Assembly: GCA_951406725.2 (NCBI GenBank)
Contig: OX597816.1
Location: 108,066,001-108,130,000 of the forward strand
DNA from: Octopus vulgaris
Taxonomy: Eukaryota
Length of the DNA: 64,000 bases
Direction: 5' to 3'
Shown: piece after piece, positions 53,070-64,000 of the stretch
Position numbering within the stretch: the stretch's first letter is position 1
How the letters are laid out: every line of letters starts with the position of its first letter
The notes under the pieces: model-generated
Seen by the model: the letters and a program-made list of their open reading frames with translations, nothing else
Database searches by the model: none
Told to the model about the DNA's origin: nothing
Translations under genes and position numbers: made by a program

Positions 53070-54236
53070 CGTAAACACAGGTATACATATATACATATGT
53101 TCGTAAACACAGGTATACTTACACTAGTAAATTTTTATATTTACAAAAACGTACGAAGCCAAAAACACATATAATATAATTTCATTACGAAACTTCAGTT
53201 GAAGATTTTTATTATCGAAGTAATAAAACTGGTTTCTATAACTATGTAGATGTAAATTTTATACATGAAAGTGGAAGTTACAAATGTCTTGCTAATTTCT
53301 TGAATATTGAAGTTTTTGTAGCCTCACTATGCATTTCAAAGGTTTATAGATCAATATTAGAGTTCTAATAGACATATATACTATGAAAAATTAATTAGAC
53401 TATGAAATAAATGAGGTTCAAACTTAACAGCCACTTGGTTTCAGTTCCGGTCTTGCTGCGCAACACCTAGGGCAAGTGTCCTCCATTATAACTCCGAGTC
53501 GTCGAATGTTTTATGAGTGAATTTTTAGATAGATTTTTAGAAAGATATATTCAGTTGCAACTATTAGTGTCAGCCTTTGGTTTCGAAAATAATACACCTT
53601 TAAATGCTGCTTCCTGATGCCGCATCCTAAGATCTCCGACTTCTGTCTACTTTGACGACTGCAAAAGGCCATGGGTACTTCGAATACTCTGTTTTTCTTC
53701 TGTAATTGCAAAGAAATTAAACAGAACGCTTCATTACATATTACAATATTGTGAGCAGAAGTTCTGTCCAGTGAGAGGAATATGCGCCTAGTTTTTACTA
53801 AAAGTAGACTATCTAATAATTATCTGTGTTACAAAATGACATACATTTACTCTGTCTTTTCTAATTCTTTCCTTTACGCACATAAAAAAATAAGAATTTA
53901 ATCATCTTCCTACAAGCAAAAACTACAAACTTGCTGAATCTAGGCGGAAAAAAATGTCGAAAATTTATTGAATTCATATTTTCTCTCTGAATTAGTTGTT
54001 TGGTTAGAATTTTTGCTTAGAATAATCTTTTGTATTATAATTCGTGTCAAAGTAAATATCTTTGTATTGTTTCTTTTGTTAGCTTTCTTCAATAGCGTCA
54101 GCCTAGAGTACGTTTCCTTTGGACTTATTCTTCTAATCTTACACAATTAATACATAAACAAACTCTTAGACAGGTGCAAAAATGAAGGTAAGTATGTATA
54201 TGCGTGTGCGTATGTATATATATATGTATTACGAGC

Positions 54237-54277
<41 letters not shown>

Positions 54278-54381
54278 TATGTATATGTGTATATATATGT
54301 ATATATATATATATATACATATATTCATATATATATGTGTATATATATGTATATATATATATTTATATATATAGACGTACA

Positions 54382-54795
54382 GGCGCAGGAGTGGCTGTGT
54401 GGTAAGTAGCTTGTTTACCAACCACATGGTTCTGGGTTCAGTCTCACTGTGTGGCACCTTGGGCAAGTGTATTCTACTATAGTCTCGGGCCGACCAAAGC
54501 CTTGTGAATGGATTTGGTAGACGGAAACTGAAAGAAGCCCGTCGTATATATGTATATATATATGTTTGTGTGTGTGTTTGTGTGTCTGTATTTTCCCCCT
54601 AGCATTGCTTGACAACCGATGCTGGTGTGTTTATGTCCCCGTCACTTAGCGGTTCGGCAAAAAGAGACCGATAGAATAAGTACTGGGCTTACAAAGAATA
54701 AGTCCCGGGGTCGAGTTGCTCGATTAAAGGCGGTGCTCCAGCATGGCCGCAGTCAAATGACTGAAACAAGTAAAAGAGTAAAAGAGTAAAGAGTA
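54382..54795 (+). mobile_element. tRNA-derived SINE family B, full length (~410 bp)
   Basis: A box TGGCTGTGTGG, B box GGTTCAGTCTC, internal (TA/TG)n and an (AAAGAGT)n tail. Resembles published octopus tRNA-SINEs; family name not verified. Confidence 0.92.
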
Positions 54796-54841
54796 CATAT
54801 GTATGCATATATACATACATACGTATATATAAACATACGTG

Positions 54842-54878
<37 letters not shown>

Positions 54879-54879
54879 G

Positions 54880-54939
<60 letters not shown>

Positions 54940-55371
54940 TGTTTGCTTGCGTGTGTGTGTGTGTATGTATGTGTTGGTATATGCATGTGTGTGGGCCTGT
55001 GTGCATTCCGGAAGTACTTTCATACAGTATGGTTCCACTTTTACAACAAGGATAGTGAGCAAAAGAAAAATACCAAATGTAAGATATTTGCCACGCTAAC
55101 AAGTTACAATTAACTACTAGCATATTCCAGAACTCCTCTGCAATTGCTATATTCCGGAAAAATTTCTTTCTTGCAATTTTGCAGACGTCCCATGAAAACG
55201 CTTCTGGTGTATCCAACATATTCTATATATTCGTTGTTTTTGTTGTAGTTTACCTAAAGAACAGTGTCCATATTAACTTTAAAGAATTCCGTAACACACG
55301 GAAATATTGCTTATGATCATAAGAATTGATATGATAACATATACATATATAATTATATATGTATGTGTGTA

Positions 55372-55491
55372 TAGCCACTATACACATTTATTTCTCTCCT
55401 TGTTTTTTTCTGTGTCCCTTTCTGTAGAAGAGCGTAACCTCGAAACGTAAAAGACGTTTTCTGTTCCTAGCGTTATACTAATACATCTGTT

Positions 55492-55497
<6 letters not shown>
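55372..55497 (+). mobile_element. Short element with hammerhead-like motif (55418-55453), 3'-truncated at (TA)n
   Basis: CTTT-CTGTAGAA-GAG-cgtaac-CTC-GAAA-CG-TA-AAAG. Confidence 0.75.
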
Positions 55498-55553
<56 letters not shown>

Positions 55554-55559
55554 CTGTCT

Positions 55560-55841
55560 TTTAGAAAAACATAAATTCGGAGTAAAAGCACCCTCTAAGA
55601 AGTAGAATAGTCTATATTTATTACTGGTGAAGACCGGTTTAATGAGCTACCCTGGGTTTCTCGCCATGGCGGATGCCTTTATGGCGTATCTTCAGACCCC
55701 AAGCTCTGTTGGCCTATGACCTCTTTAAAATGTGGAGGGGAAAACGATACGGTTGTGAACAAGGAGATCATCTCCCTTTTCTGCTGGCTATCGGCTTCGG
55801 ACGGTGTCGCCATCTTTCAGCTATGAGGGTAAACAATAGAG

Positions 55842-55886
<45 letters not shown>

Positions 55887-56245
55887 CCAATCAACTTCTG
55901 GCTGTGGTGTTATTTTCGCTATTACCGCTATTATGCGGTTCCCAACACGCCAGCAGAAATCTTCTAAAATGCAAGCAAGGCCCGAACATTTCTATTCTGG
56001 AGTTCAGTATGGTCCTTGATATGTGCGAGTTTTTCAGAATTTCCATGCGTTCAGTTATACATAGCTTGCAGCTTTTCGTCCCATTGATAGAGGGACCCGG
56101 GCGCTCGAGGATTTTCCATGAGATCGAGTGTGGAATTCCATCTTCCTTTAGTTGCCAGACATGGCTGGCCTGCGATGTAACGTATCTCCTTTCCGGGACC
56201 CTGAAGGAGGATCTTTAGTTGGAAACACGTTACATCACCATAGAT
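55560..56245 (-). mobile_element. Penelope-like element 3' end: GIY-YIG C-terminus plus pLTR
   Basis: Minus strand RSSFRVPERRYVTSQASHVWQLKEDGIPHSISWKILERPGPSINGTKSCKLCITERMEIL..LNSRIEMFGPCLHFRRFLL, a PLE endonuclease CxxC/CxH tail. Confidence 0.8.
55644..55699 (-). ncRNA. Type I hammerhead ribozyme with canonical core
   Basis: GGGU-CUGAAGA-UA-CGCCAU-aaaGGCauccGCC-AUGGCG-A-GAAA-CCC-a-GGG-UA-GCUC. GUA triplet and near-palindromic helix III. Confidence 0.78.
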
Positions 56246-56280
56246 CGTCATCGGTTACCTGTTTAAAGGTTTGATAGAAG

Positions 56281-56492
56281 TATGCATAATAATTTGGCTA
56301 GACTGAATGGTATGTTGGTTCGTGTGTGCATAGGGTGGTGTTATGTAAAGAGGAGGCATTGTTATGAGTCAATGGGTTTAAAGTACATATCAGTTTCCAA
56401 TAGCGAATTTATTTTTCTTATTAGAATGTCTAAGATGGGGAGATTATCGTTGCTGAATTCTATGGTGAATTGAATGTGTGGATTTATGTTTT
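56281..56492 (-). mobile_element. Penelope-like RT thumb fragment
   Basis: KNINPHIQFTIEFSNDNLPILDILI..LETDMYFKPIDS*Q..HHPMHTRTNIPFSLA. Confidence 0.85.
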
Positions 56493-57020
56493 TATAAGCT
56501 TTTGGATTTTTTTACAGCTCCAGAACTTTGTCTCTAACAAGTGAAACACCAAATATTGAATATTTTGTATTAAGGAATTAAGGAATACGCAATAACCGCA
56601 AAGTCAACCAACGATATATGATATTCGCACAAGGCATAGTCCGACCGGTATGTTTAAACTTATATTCTTTAATACACAGATCACGCCTTTGCATCCACAC
56701 ACACAATAAGAATTACATACATAGACTCATTCAAACAAACATACATGTGTATGCCACAGATTTGTGTAGCTGTGTATTTTTCTGTTGGTTCATCACACAT
56801 TTCATGTGAATCGTTGAATTTACATTTTACAGTTAACATTTCCGAAAACAAATATGTAACTAGTATTTTCCAAATCGATTGTTAAATGTTGATTGAATGG
56901 ACAAGTAGACTAAAATGAAGTCATTGTCTTTATTTATAACAATGAATGATTAAGAAATATATCCAGATTATAAGCAAATATATTAACACGTTTTATAAAA
57001 TTCGGATATTCTCATATCGG

Positions 57021-57196
57021 TAGCCACTACACACATTTTTTTCTCTCCTTGTTTTATTCTGTGTCCCTCTCTGTAGAAGAGCGTAGGCTCGAAACGTAAA
57101 AGACTTTTTTCAATTCCTGAGCGTTATACTAATACATCTGTTTATTTTGTATATCACCTGTCTTCGTCTTTTGTTTTTTTCGTGAACTCTCCCCTG
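57021..57196 (+). mobile_element. Short element with hammerhead-like motif (57067-57102)
   Basis: CTCT-CTGTAGAA-GAGC-gtag-GCTC-GAAA-CG-TA-AAAG. Ends at (TA)n. Homologous to the copies at 45265 and 55372. Confidence 0.78.
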
Positions 57197-60100
57197 TATA
57201 TATATATAATTTCCCTTCATTTTGGCTTAATCAGTGTCAAATTTCAGATTTGGTTATGTAGTACAATCATGCCATGTATTCTTTCATGTGTATTCATTTT
57301 GTTTTTCCCACATTTAATTCTCACCTCATCTCATTATTCATTGTTTTTAACTCCATTCTATTGTAACTGACTCTGACTGTCTGTACAATGTTAATGCAAA
57401 TATTTACTAGTGGAAGATATACATTTCTAACTTTCTTTCACTGTAAGTAAACATTACCAGCCATTGGAAAATAGTATTTATTTATTGTTTTACCTCTAGA
57501 TTAAGTAAATACAGTATTTATTCAATATATAAGTTAGATATTTCTAATCTACTTGATAGGACATTTTGTCATTCTTTCCTTTATATAAATGTATGCGTTT
57601 CAGTGTGTTTAAGTAGAATCCTTTTTTATTACAGTTGTCCTATTTCGTTATTAGTCCCATATGTTTTGTTGGAACAAAAATATTCCTAAATACGTTAATT
57701 TAATAGTGCTCAAGACCTTTTCGGTCTCATCATTAGATTGAAGTGATGTAAACGTTAGCTGATTGTTTACCTGAGCTGCCGTACGTTCTAAAGTCTCATA
57801 GGAATACTATCATAATTGATAAAGTCATCAACGTCGAATATAAAAATTACACAAAGCTTAAGTGTTGCTGTTTATAGCTTTGTTATAGCTTTATTTTTCT
57901 ATTTTAGGTTTTGTTTTGCTATTAGAAATACTCATTATTTATTCTGTTTTGTGAAGTTGTAGTACTGACAATTAAGGTACTGTATTATAATGAAGTGAGG
58001 AAACACCTTTTTTGTAAATGCATGTTTAACCAACAAGAGATTGTTATAGTCGTGAGAATATATTACAAAATCATCAGAATGTAAGACCTAATGTTAATCC
58101 CAATTTAAAATAGAATGTTCACGAAATAACAAACGAGTATAAACTGTAGAATATATTTTAAACAGCTAATGTAATAGATAAAAGTCAAGGAAAATATGTA
58201 TGCTGTAAACTCCATGACTCAAGTTCCTACATCGAACTTACAAGTGTAACATCTCGTCTGTTGACCAGATATTTACAGCAAAGAGTCTTTCCAGATCATT
58301 ATAATACAACCAAATAGACGAAAAAGTTCGTTAGAACATTGTTTCCTATCTCCAGGAGTGCGATCCAAAGTTGTGTTACCAAGATTTTTCAATGATTCAC
58401 AAAGTAATTTTTGAAAGTATTATTTTTGTTCGAAAGTGTAAAATAATTTCCAAATGTGTTACTGTTATACAAGATATACATGGCTACTTACATTCAGTGT
58501 CACAAAGATATTTGATACATACTAAAAATGTATTTACTCTCTGAATTTTCCCAGACCAATGAACAGGAAACTGTAGTTAAAAGAATTACCAAACTACGAA
58601 TGAGTAGACTCATACTTAACTTTTTTTCCCAGTAACATACATTGTTGTTGGTTATTTCTTGTATGCAAAAGAACCTGCGTTCTTTAAATTTAAATATCTA
58701 AAGAAAAATCTATTTACAAAATGACAGAAAATAACTTTTATTATGAAAGAAATGAAAGCCAGCCTTATATATATTTATTCCATCTCCGGAATATACAGAC
58801 ATTCATACACATACATATTCATGTGCGTGTGTGTATGTGTATCAGTGTGTGTATCTGTGTGTGTGTGCTTGTGTGTGATTTATTTGGCAATATTTTGACA
58901 AGAAATTGGCTTATACAAAGTTAATTTAACAACCCTGCTGTTACATCCTTCCTAATCTCAAAGTAGAAATTGAATTCTGGAAGAATCAGACTACTTAGGC
59001 CTATTTCAGAATTTTTTACAAATATATCACTATTTTATATTTTCTTTATGCCATTTGGCTGTTCTATAATTATATGTAGCTGTCAGTTGATATAATCCCT
59101 AATGTCAGAGCAGGAATACAAACCCAAAATTTTAGAATTGGGATTTACATTTATTACCACAGAATAGTCAAATCGCAATTACTAATATTGTTTGAAGTGT
59201 CAAGCAAAGAATCACTGAAGTACATGGAACTATCAAGCACGAAAAGGAAAAATATTTTAGCAATAGAAAAAGTTTGTATTTGAAAACAAAACACTGCTTA
59301 AGGACTGGATGGTCCAAACAATAATACTATGCTAACAGGAAAATTCTGATAGATAAGTTTATTGATATTCGTGATAATTGTTTTGTTAAATTAAACATTT
59401 CAACTATATTTATGATTTAAGTTTCTGGTTAAAGTAGTTTACATATTAACACGTAAGTTACATTATGTTGAAGACATTAATATCTTCGATTTAATATCTT
59501 CCATCACTAAGATTGCTTAATGCATAACGTTTTAACACACATATATGGGTAGTAGGAAAAAGCAGGATAATTTTTATAGAATTTTTTATGCAAAGGAAAA
59601 AACAGTATTTTTTAGCAAAATCAAACAAATCTATATATACATTTTATTTGGAGGAGATGGGGTAATCGTCTTAAAATAATAATCTGCTGTAGATCATTAT
59701 TCGTAGAGTTTAAGAACCATTACTTTCTAAAATCTGAGCTTCTTGATTTACATTTTAGTGTCTTCTCTTATATATATGTGTGTTTGTATGTATGTATGAC
59801 ATATAGAGATAGTTAATTATAGTGCAACTGTGCTGAGAAAAATGCTAAGTGATTTAATAGACATGTTAAGCTCTTGCTGACTTCTTGGAGAATATCAAAT
59901 CAATTAGGGAAACGGCTGGCATCTTGATAGCTTTCTCTATTAATTTGAAATAATTTAATTTTAATTTAATGTTAGAACTTGTTTCCCACAGCTATTAATT
60001 TCCTATGCGATGCTTTTTAGTAGTACTCAACAAATATTTAGTAGTGTATTTGCTGTAGAAATGAAATTAATTATCACTATTTTGTGTGTGTTTACAGAAG

Positions 60101-60450
60101 CGAAAAGAGTTTCTTAATTACGGCAATAGTTCATGAGTTTACGTATTTAAAGCTGATATTTATTATTTATTTTGTTTTACATATTTTCGCTAACTTCATC
60201 AATTCAATATGGAACTCATGAAATTTTATAACCGTAAATGAAATTTTAATAAATTAATTAAAATAATCATTGATATTCTACTAATTAGAAACATTTATCA
60301 GCTATGGGCTCACTTTGTAAATGCCGTAATGGACGTATGGAAATAACAGAAACAGTGTTTATAATTTAACGAAAGTTATATCCTTTGTTGTATGTCAGTG
60401 GAGGTCATTATACCATTATTAAGCACATGCTTTGCTTCTATCTCACTTCC

Positions 60451-60451
<1 letters not shown>

Positions 60452-60522
<71 letters not shown>
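60452..60522. repeat. (ATT)n microsatellite
   Basis: Directly visible. Confidence 0.98.
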
Positions 60523-60524
<2 letters not shown>

Positions 60525-60769
60525 ACTATATACCAATTTAGCAGATTAACTAACCGATTGTTTTAATTAACCGTTTGGTCAATCACTTTCAGTCAGACCT
60601 AGAATAGACAGAGAGCATATCATTAAAGTTGCGAATGGTGACAAAAGGACTTTGGCGAGCTTTTGCAGCGTTCTCATTTAATTGTAATTCTTGGCCGGTT
60701 TCTTGGATTCTGTGTTATATACTGGCTCAACCTGGGTGGGTCGCAAGTCCATTGCAGGAGCACCCATTC

Positions 60770-60906
60770 GTGTCAACTGAATGGTCTGGAGAAACGTCAA
60801 ATACAGTGCTTTGCTCAAGAACACAACACATCGCCCGGTCAATGAATCAAAACAACAATATTACGATCGTAAGACACCCCAATCGCTAAATCACATATTT
60901 TCGCAC
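60770..60906 (-). mobile_element. SINE family C, diverged
   Basis: ctggagaaacgt.aaat..agtgctttgctcaagaacacaac..ttacgatcgt is the reverse complement of family C. Confidence 0.7.
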
Positions 60907-61727
60907 TTAGGCTACAATAATCAATAATCACTTCCTTTTCAATGTGAGCTATTTAGTTTCTATTTCTAGCAAGTCCAGTACTCTGTCTACATATCAACAC
61001 TAGATCTACAAGAAATGGCTCCCAAATCTATCTCAAATCATGCGCTGCCATTTTAAAGGAAAAGAAGCACATATTAGTTAATATACTCTTAAGTATAATG
61101 TCTAAAATATAAGGGCAGTCAGAAATAGAATACCTTAGCTTATAAATTTGCAAAACCGGGTTTACCCCGGAGTCTAAACATCATCAACAACAACAATAAC
61201 AACAACAACAATGAAAAAATCCACGGTAGTGTTGGCAACATAATACAAGTTGCTGGTTCTGTGAAAGATCTTTCTTCTAATAGCACAAAGGAATTATTAG
61301 ATAGCAATTGTTATTACTTCGTCTTCCACGTTTTCATTTCGTTTAAATATTAATTTTTATCTTCTCTATTTTTCAAATGCAATTCCCCTTCTTTACGACA
61401 TTGCCTCGTCATTTTCCATTCTCCTGATTGTTTTCATATTCTGCCTACAAATGCGAAGAATCCAAATCAATGTCCATTGAAGCAAGAGAAAAAAAATAGC
61501 ACAAATACTGAATACTTTTCAACAAAACTCAAGACAGCGAAAAAGTGGAACGATTATATAAAGCTTAAGGCTGAATGGAACATACTTGATTACAGGTTTG
61601 CTCGTTCAGGAATGACAGAATACTATTAAAAACAAAACACAACTTCTACGTCATTTGCTTATGAACACACCGAATTGAATCGATCTGGTTTGGTAGAAAA
61701 CAGGATCGTGCGACAGTAGGGCTAAAA

Positions 61728-61763
<36 letters not shown>

Positions 61764-62046
61764 ATATATATATATATATGCATAATATGCATAACATGTG
61801 TAATGTGCATAAGCGTGTTTGTATTAAGTGAGTGTTATTTCAAATTTAGTTTCGAATTAATTGCGGAATCTTTATTGATAGACAAATGGACTCATTACTG
61901 AGAGTAGAGTCAAATTTATTGTGAAATTTGTGAAATTCTTTATGTTTTGCTTAACTCTCTATGCACTTGGCTGAAATGGTCGTGTGACAAAATTCGAAGT
62001 CACGGGTAACACGAAAATCACTAAATAAGGTTACCATATATGTTCT

Positions 62047-62420
62047 TTTTTCTTTTACTTCTTTCAATCATTTGACTGCGGCCATGCTGGAGCACCGCCT
62101 TTAGTCGAGCAAATCGATTCCAGGACTTATTCTTTGTAAGCCAAGTACTTATTCTATCGCTCTTTTTTGCCGACTCGCAAAGTTATTGGGACGTAAACAC
62201 ACCAGCATCGGTTGTCAAGCGATGTGGGGGAACAAACACAGACACACATTCACACACACAAATATATATACATATACATATATACGGTGGGATTCTTTCA
62301 GTTTCCATCTACCAAATCCACTCATAAGGCTTTGGTCGGATCGAGGCTATAGTAGAAGTCACTTGCCCAAGGTGCCACGCAGTGAGACTGAACCCAGAAC
62401 CATGTGGTTGGTAAGCAAGC
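62047..62420 (-). mobile_element. SINE family B, near full length
   Basis: Reverse complement of 54382-54795 across its length. Confidence 0.9.
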
Positions 62421-62520
62421 TACTTATCACACAACCACCGTGAAATATAAACGAACTTTGTTTCACTTTATCATACTTCGATACAAAAAATCCACTACTT
62501 ACCACACAGCCACGCCTGAG

Positions 62521-62604
<84 letters not shown>

Positions 62605-64000
62605 TCTTCTCTCCCTAGAAACATAAGTGTATCCATATGTATATAAAAAAAAATCTCGTGTATGCGCGCGCGAAAGAGAGTTTATGTGTGTAGCAATATA
62701 ATCGTTTTTATTCAGATAGTCGGATGACATGAGGGCAGACTGAAACTTTTTTAGGGTTGATGGTTGAAGGAAACCGTAGACGAGAAAGGAGTTCTAGGAA
62801 AAGAATTTTTTGTTTGGCAAGATTGGGTATAATGTATGATATTTCATATATTGTATTAAGTGAGATTTAGTGAGGATGATAAATTATTTATGTGTGTGTT
62901 TTTTTTTTTTGTATATTTAATATGATATATTGTGGCGGTTGTTGTTTAACTCCAGAGCAATGCTGATTGTGCAGATGTATGATGAAAGATGTTCCATCCG
63001 AATCCACCCCTTTCTTTACGTATCTAAGATTACGTTAAAAATGTATATCCTTCCCTTGTTTGAAAATGGTGATTGTGACTCGAGGAATATAATTATTTCA
63101 GGTGTTTCAGGTATGAGTATGCATTCGGTATAAACAATACAAAACTATTATCCTCATATTTATACATTTATCCTCCTCATATTTATACAAAAGTATTATC
63201 TTCATATTTGTACACATATTTAGTTTAAATTGTATCATTAACTTAACCATATTGTTCATCGGAGCTCACTTTGTAAGAGCTGCCTATTGAGATTTATATG
63301 TTGATTTAATGTTTCCAAATTTTCAAGCGTTAAAAGAACACAATCTGCAAACCAGCAGAAAAGCTTCATCCTGGTGGATATTTGAGTCAAATATATCTCA
63401 AATCATATCTTACTCACTTAAAAATATGACGGCTACATCAGAAAATGTTAGCGTTAGATATACAAAAACACGTTACAGTTGTAGTTAGAATTCATTTAAT
63501 TTTAGGTTAGCTCGATCAGTGCTGAATCTGAGGCTAAACAACAAAAATAAAGTTAGAAAGCTAACCACCAGAAGTGCCGCTTTCAAAGTTTTCCATCTAT
63601 ATGTATTCTTTTAATTATAAATCAAATATATAGCCCCCAGTTAAATCAGTAGGTAGATTATCCTCTTTAAATTTATTACTGTTTCATTTCACAGCTTTGA
63701 ATTCAGTTTTGAATTCAACAAGATATCATTCGCCTTAGGTATTTTCTTTACTCTTCTTAAGAACAAAATGATAAGTCAAATTTGTGTCAAATATTTCTGG
63801 AATTCCTGCTAAGCTGAAAAATTTCTTGATGTGTAAAAAGGAAGGAAAGCAGGGGGAATTTTACTGTTGCCTTGTTGAATTTTTAAATGAAATCTTTAAG
63901 AATTAAAATCTGAGAAGAATACAGGGAGGTCAAACGGAGAATATAAACATCATAAATAAAACAACAAATTTTATTTGAAGCTTCTTAAAGTAATGATCGT

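Noticed and set aside
55673-56218. 181-aa plus-strand ORF, the longest non-microsatellite ORF
   Set aside because: It is the antisense shadow of the minus-strand Penelope endonuclease/pLTR plus a (CT)n tract.

Overview
AT-rich eukaryotic, repeat-dense DNA. The SINE and microsatellite content looks like an octopus (coleoid cephalopod) genome; this is an inference and was not verified. No intact host gene is recognisable, and nearly all ORF-track entries are microsatellite read-throughs or decayed transposon fragments. Contents: (1) 1-5300, a cluster of L1/Tx1-type LINE remnants (three divergent ORF1 copies and one RT-deleted ORF2) pointing away from a 280-bp palindrome, with a shared AAGCTAGCAAGCC-like junction motif. 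(2) Several Penelope-like element (PLE) fragments and (TA)n-flanked inserts carrying three minimal type I hammerhead ribozymes and four copies of a hammerhead-like motif with a variant core. (3) R4/Dong-like RLE LINEs next to (TAA)n, plus a second RLE family and C2H2-finger RTE 3' ends inside (ATAC)n. (4) Three tRNA-derived SINE families, some with TSDs. (5) Tigger, maT, mariner, Merlin-like, Helitron and foldback MITE remnants. (6) A near-identical 224-bp inverted duplication. Translations and folds were done by eye, and boundaries of decayed elements are approximate.
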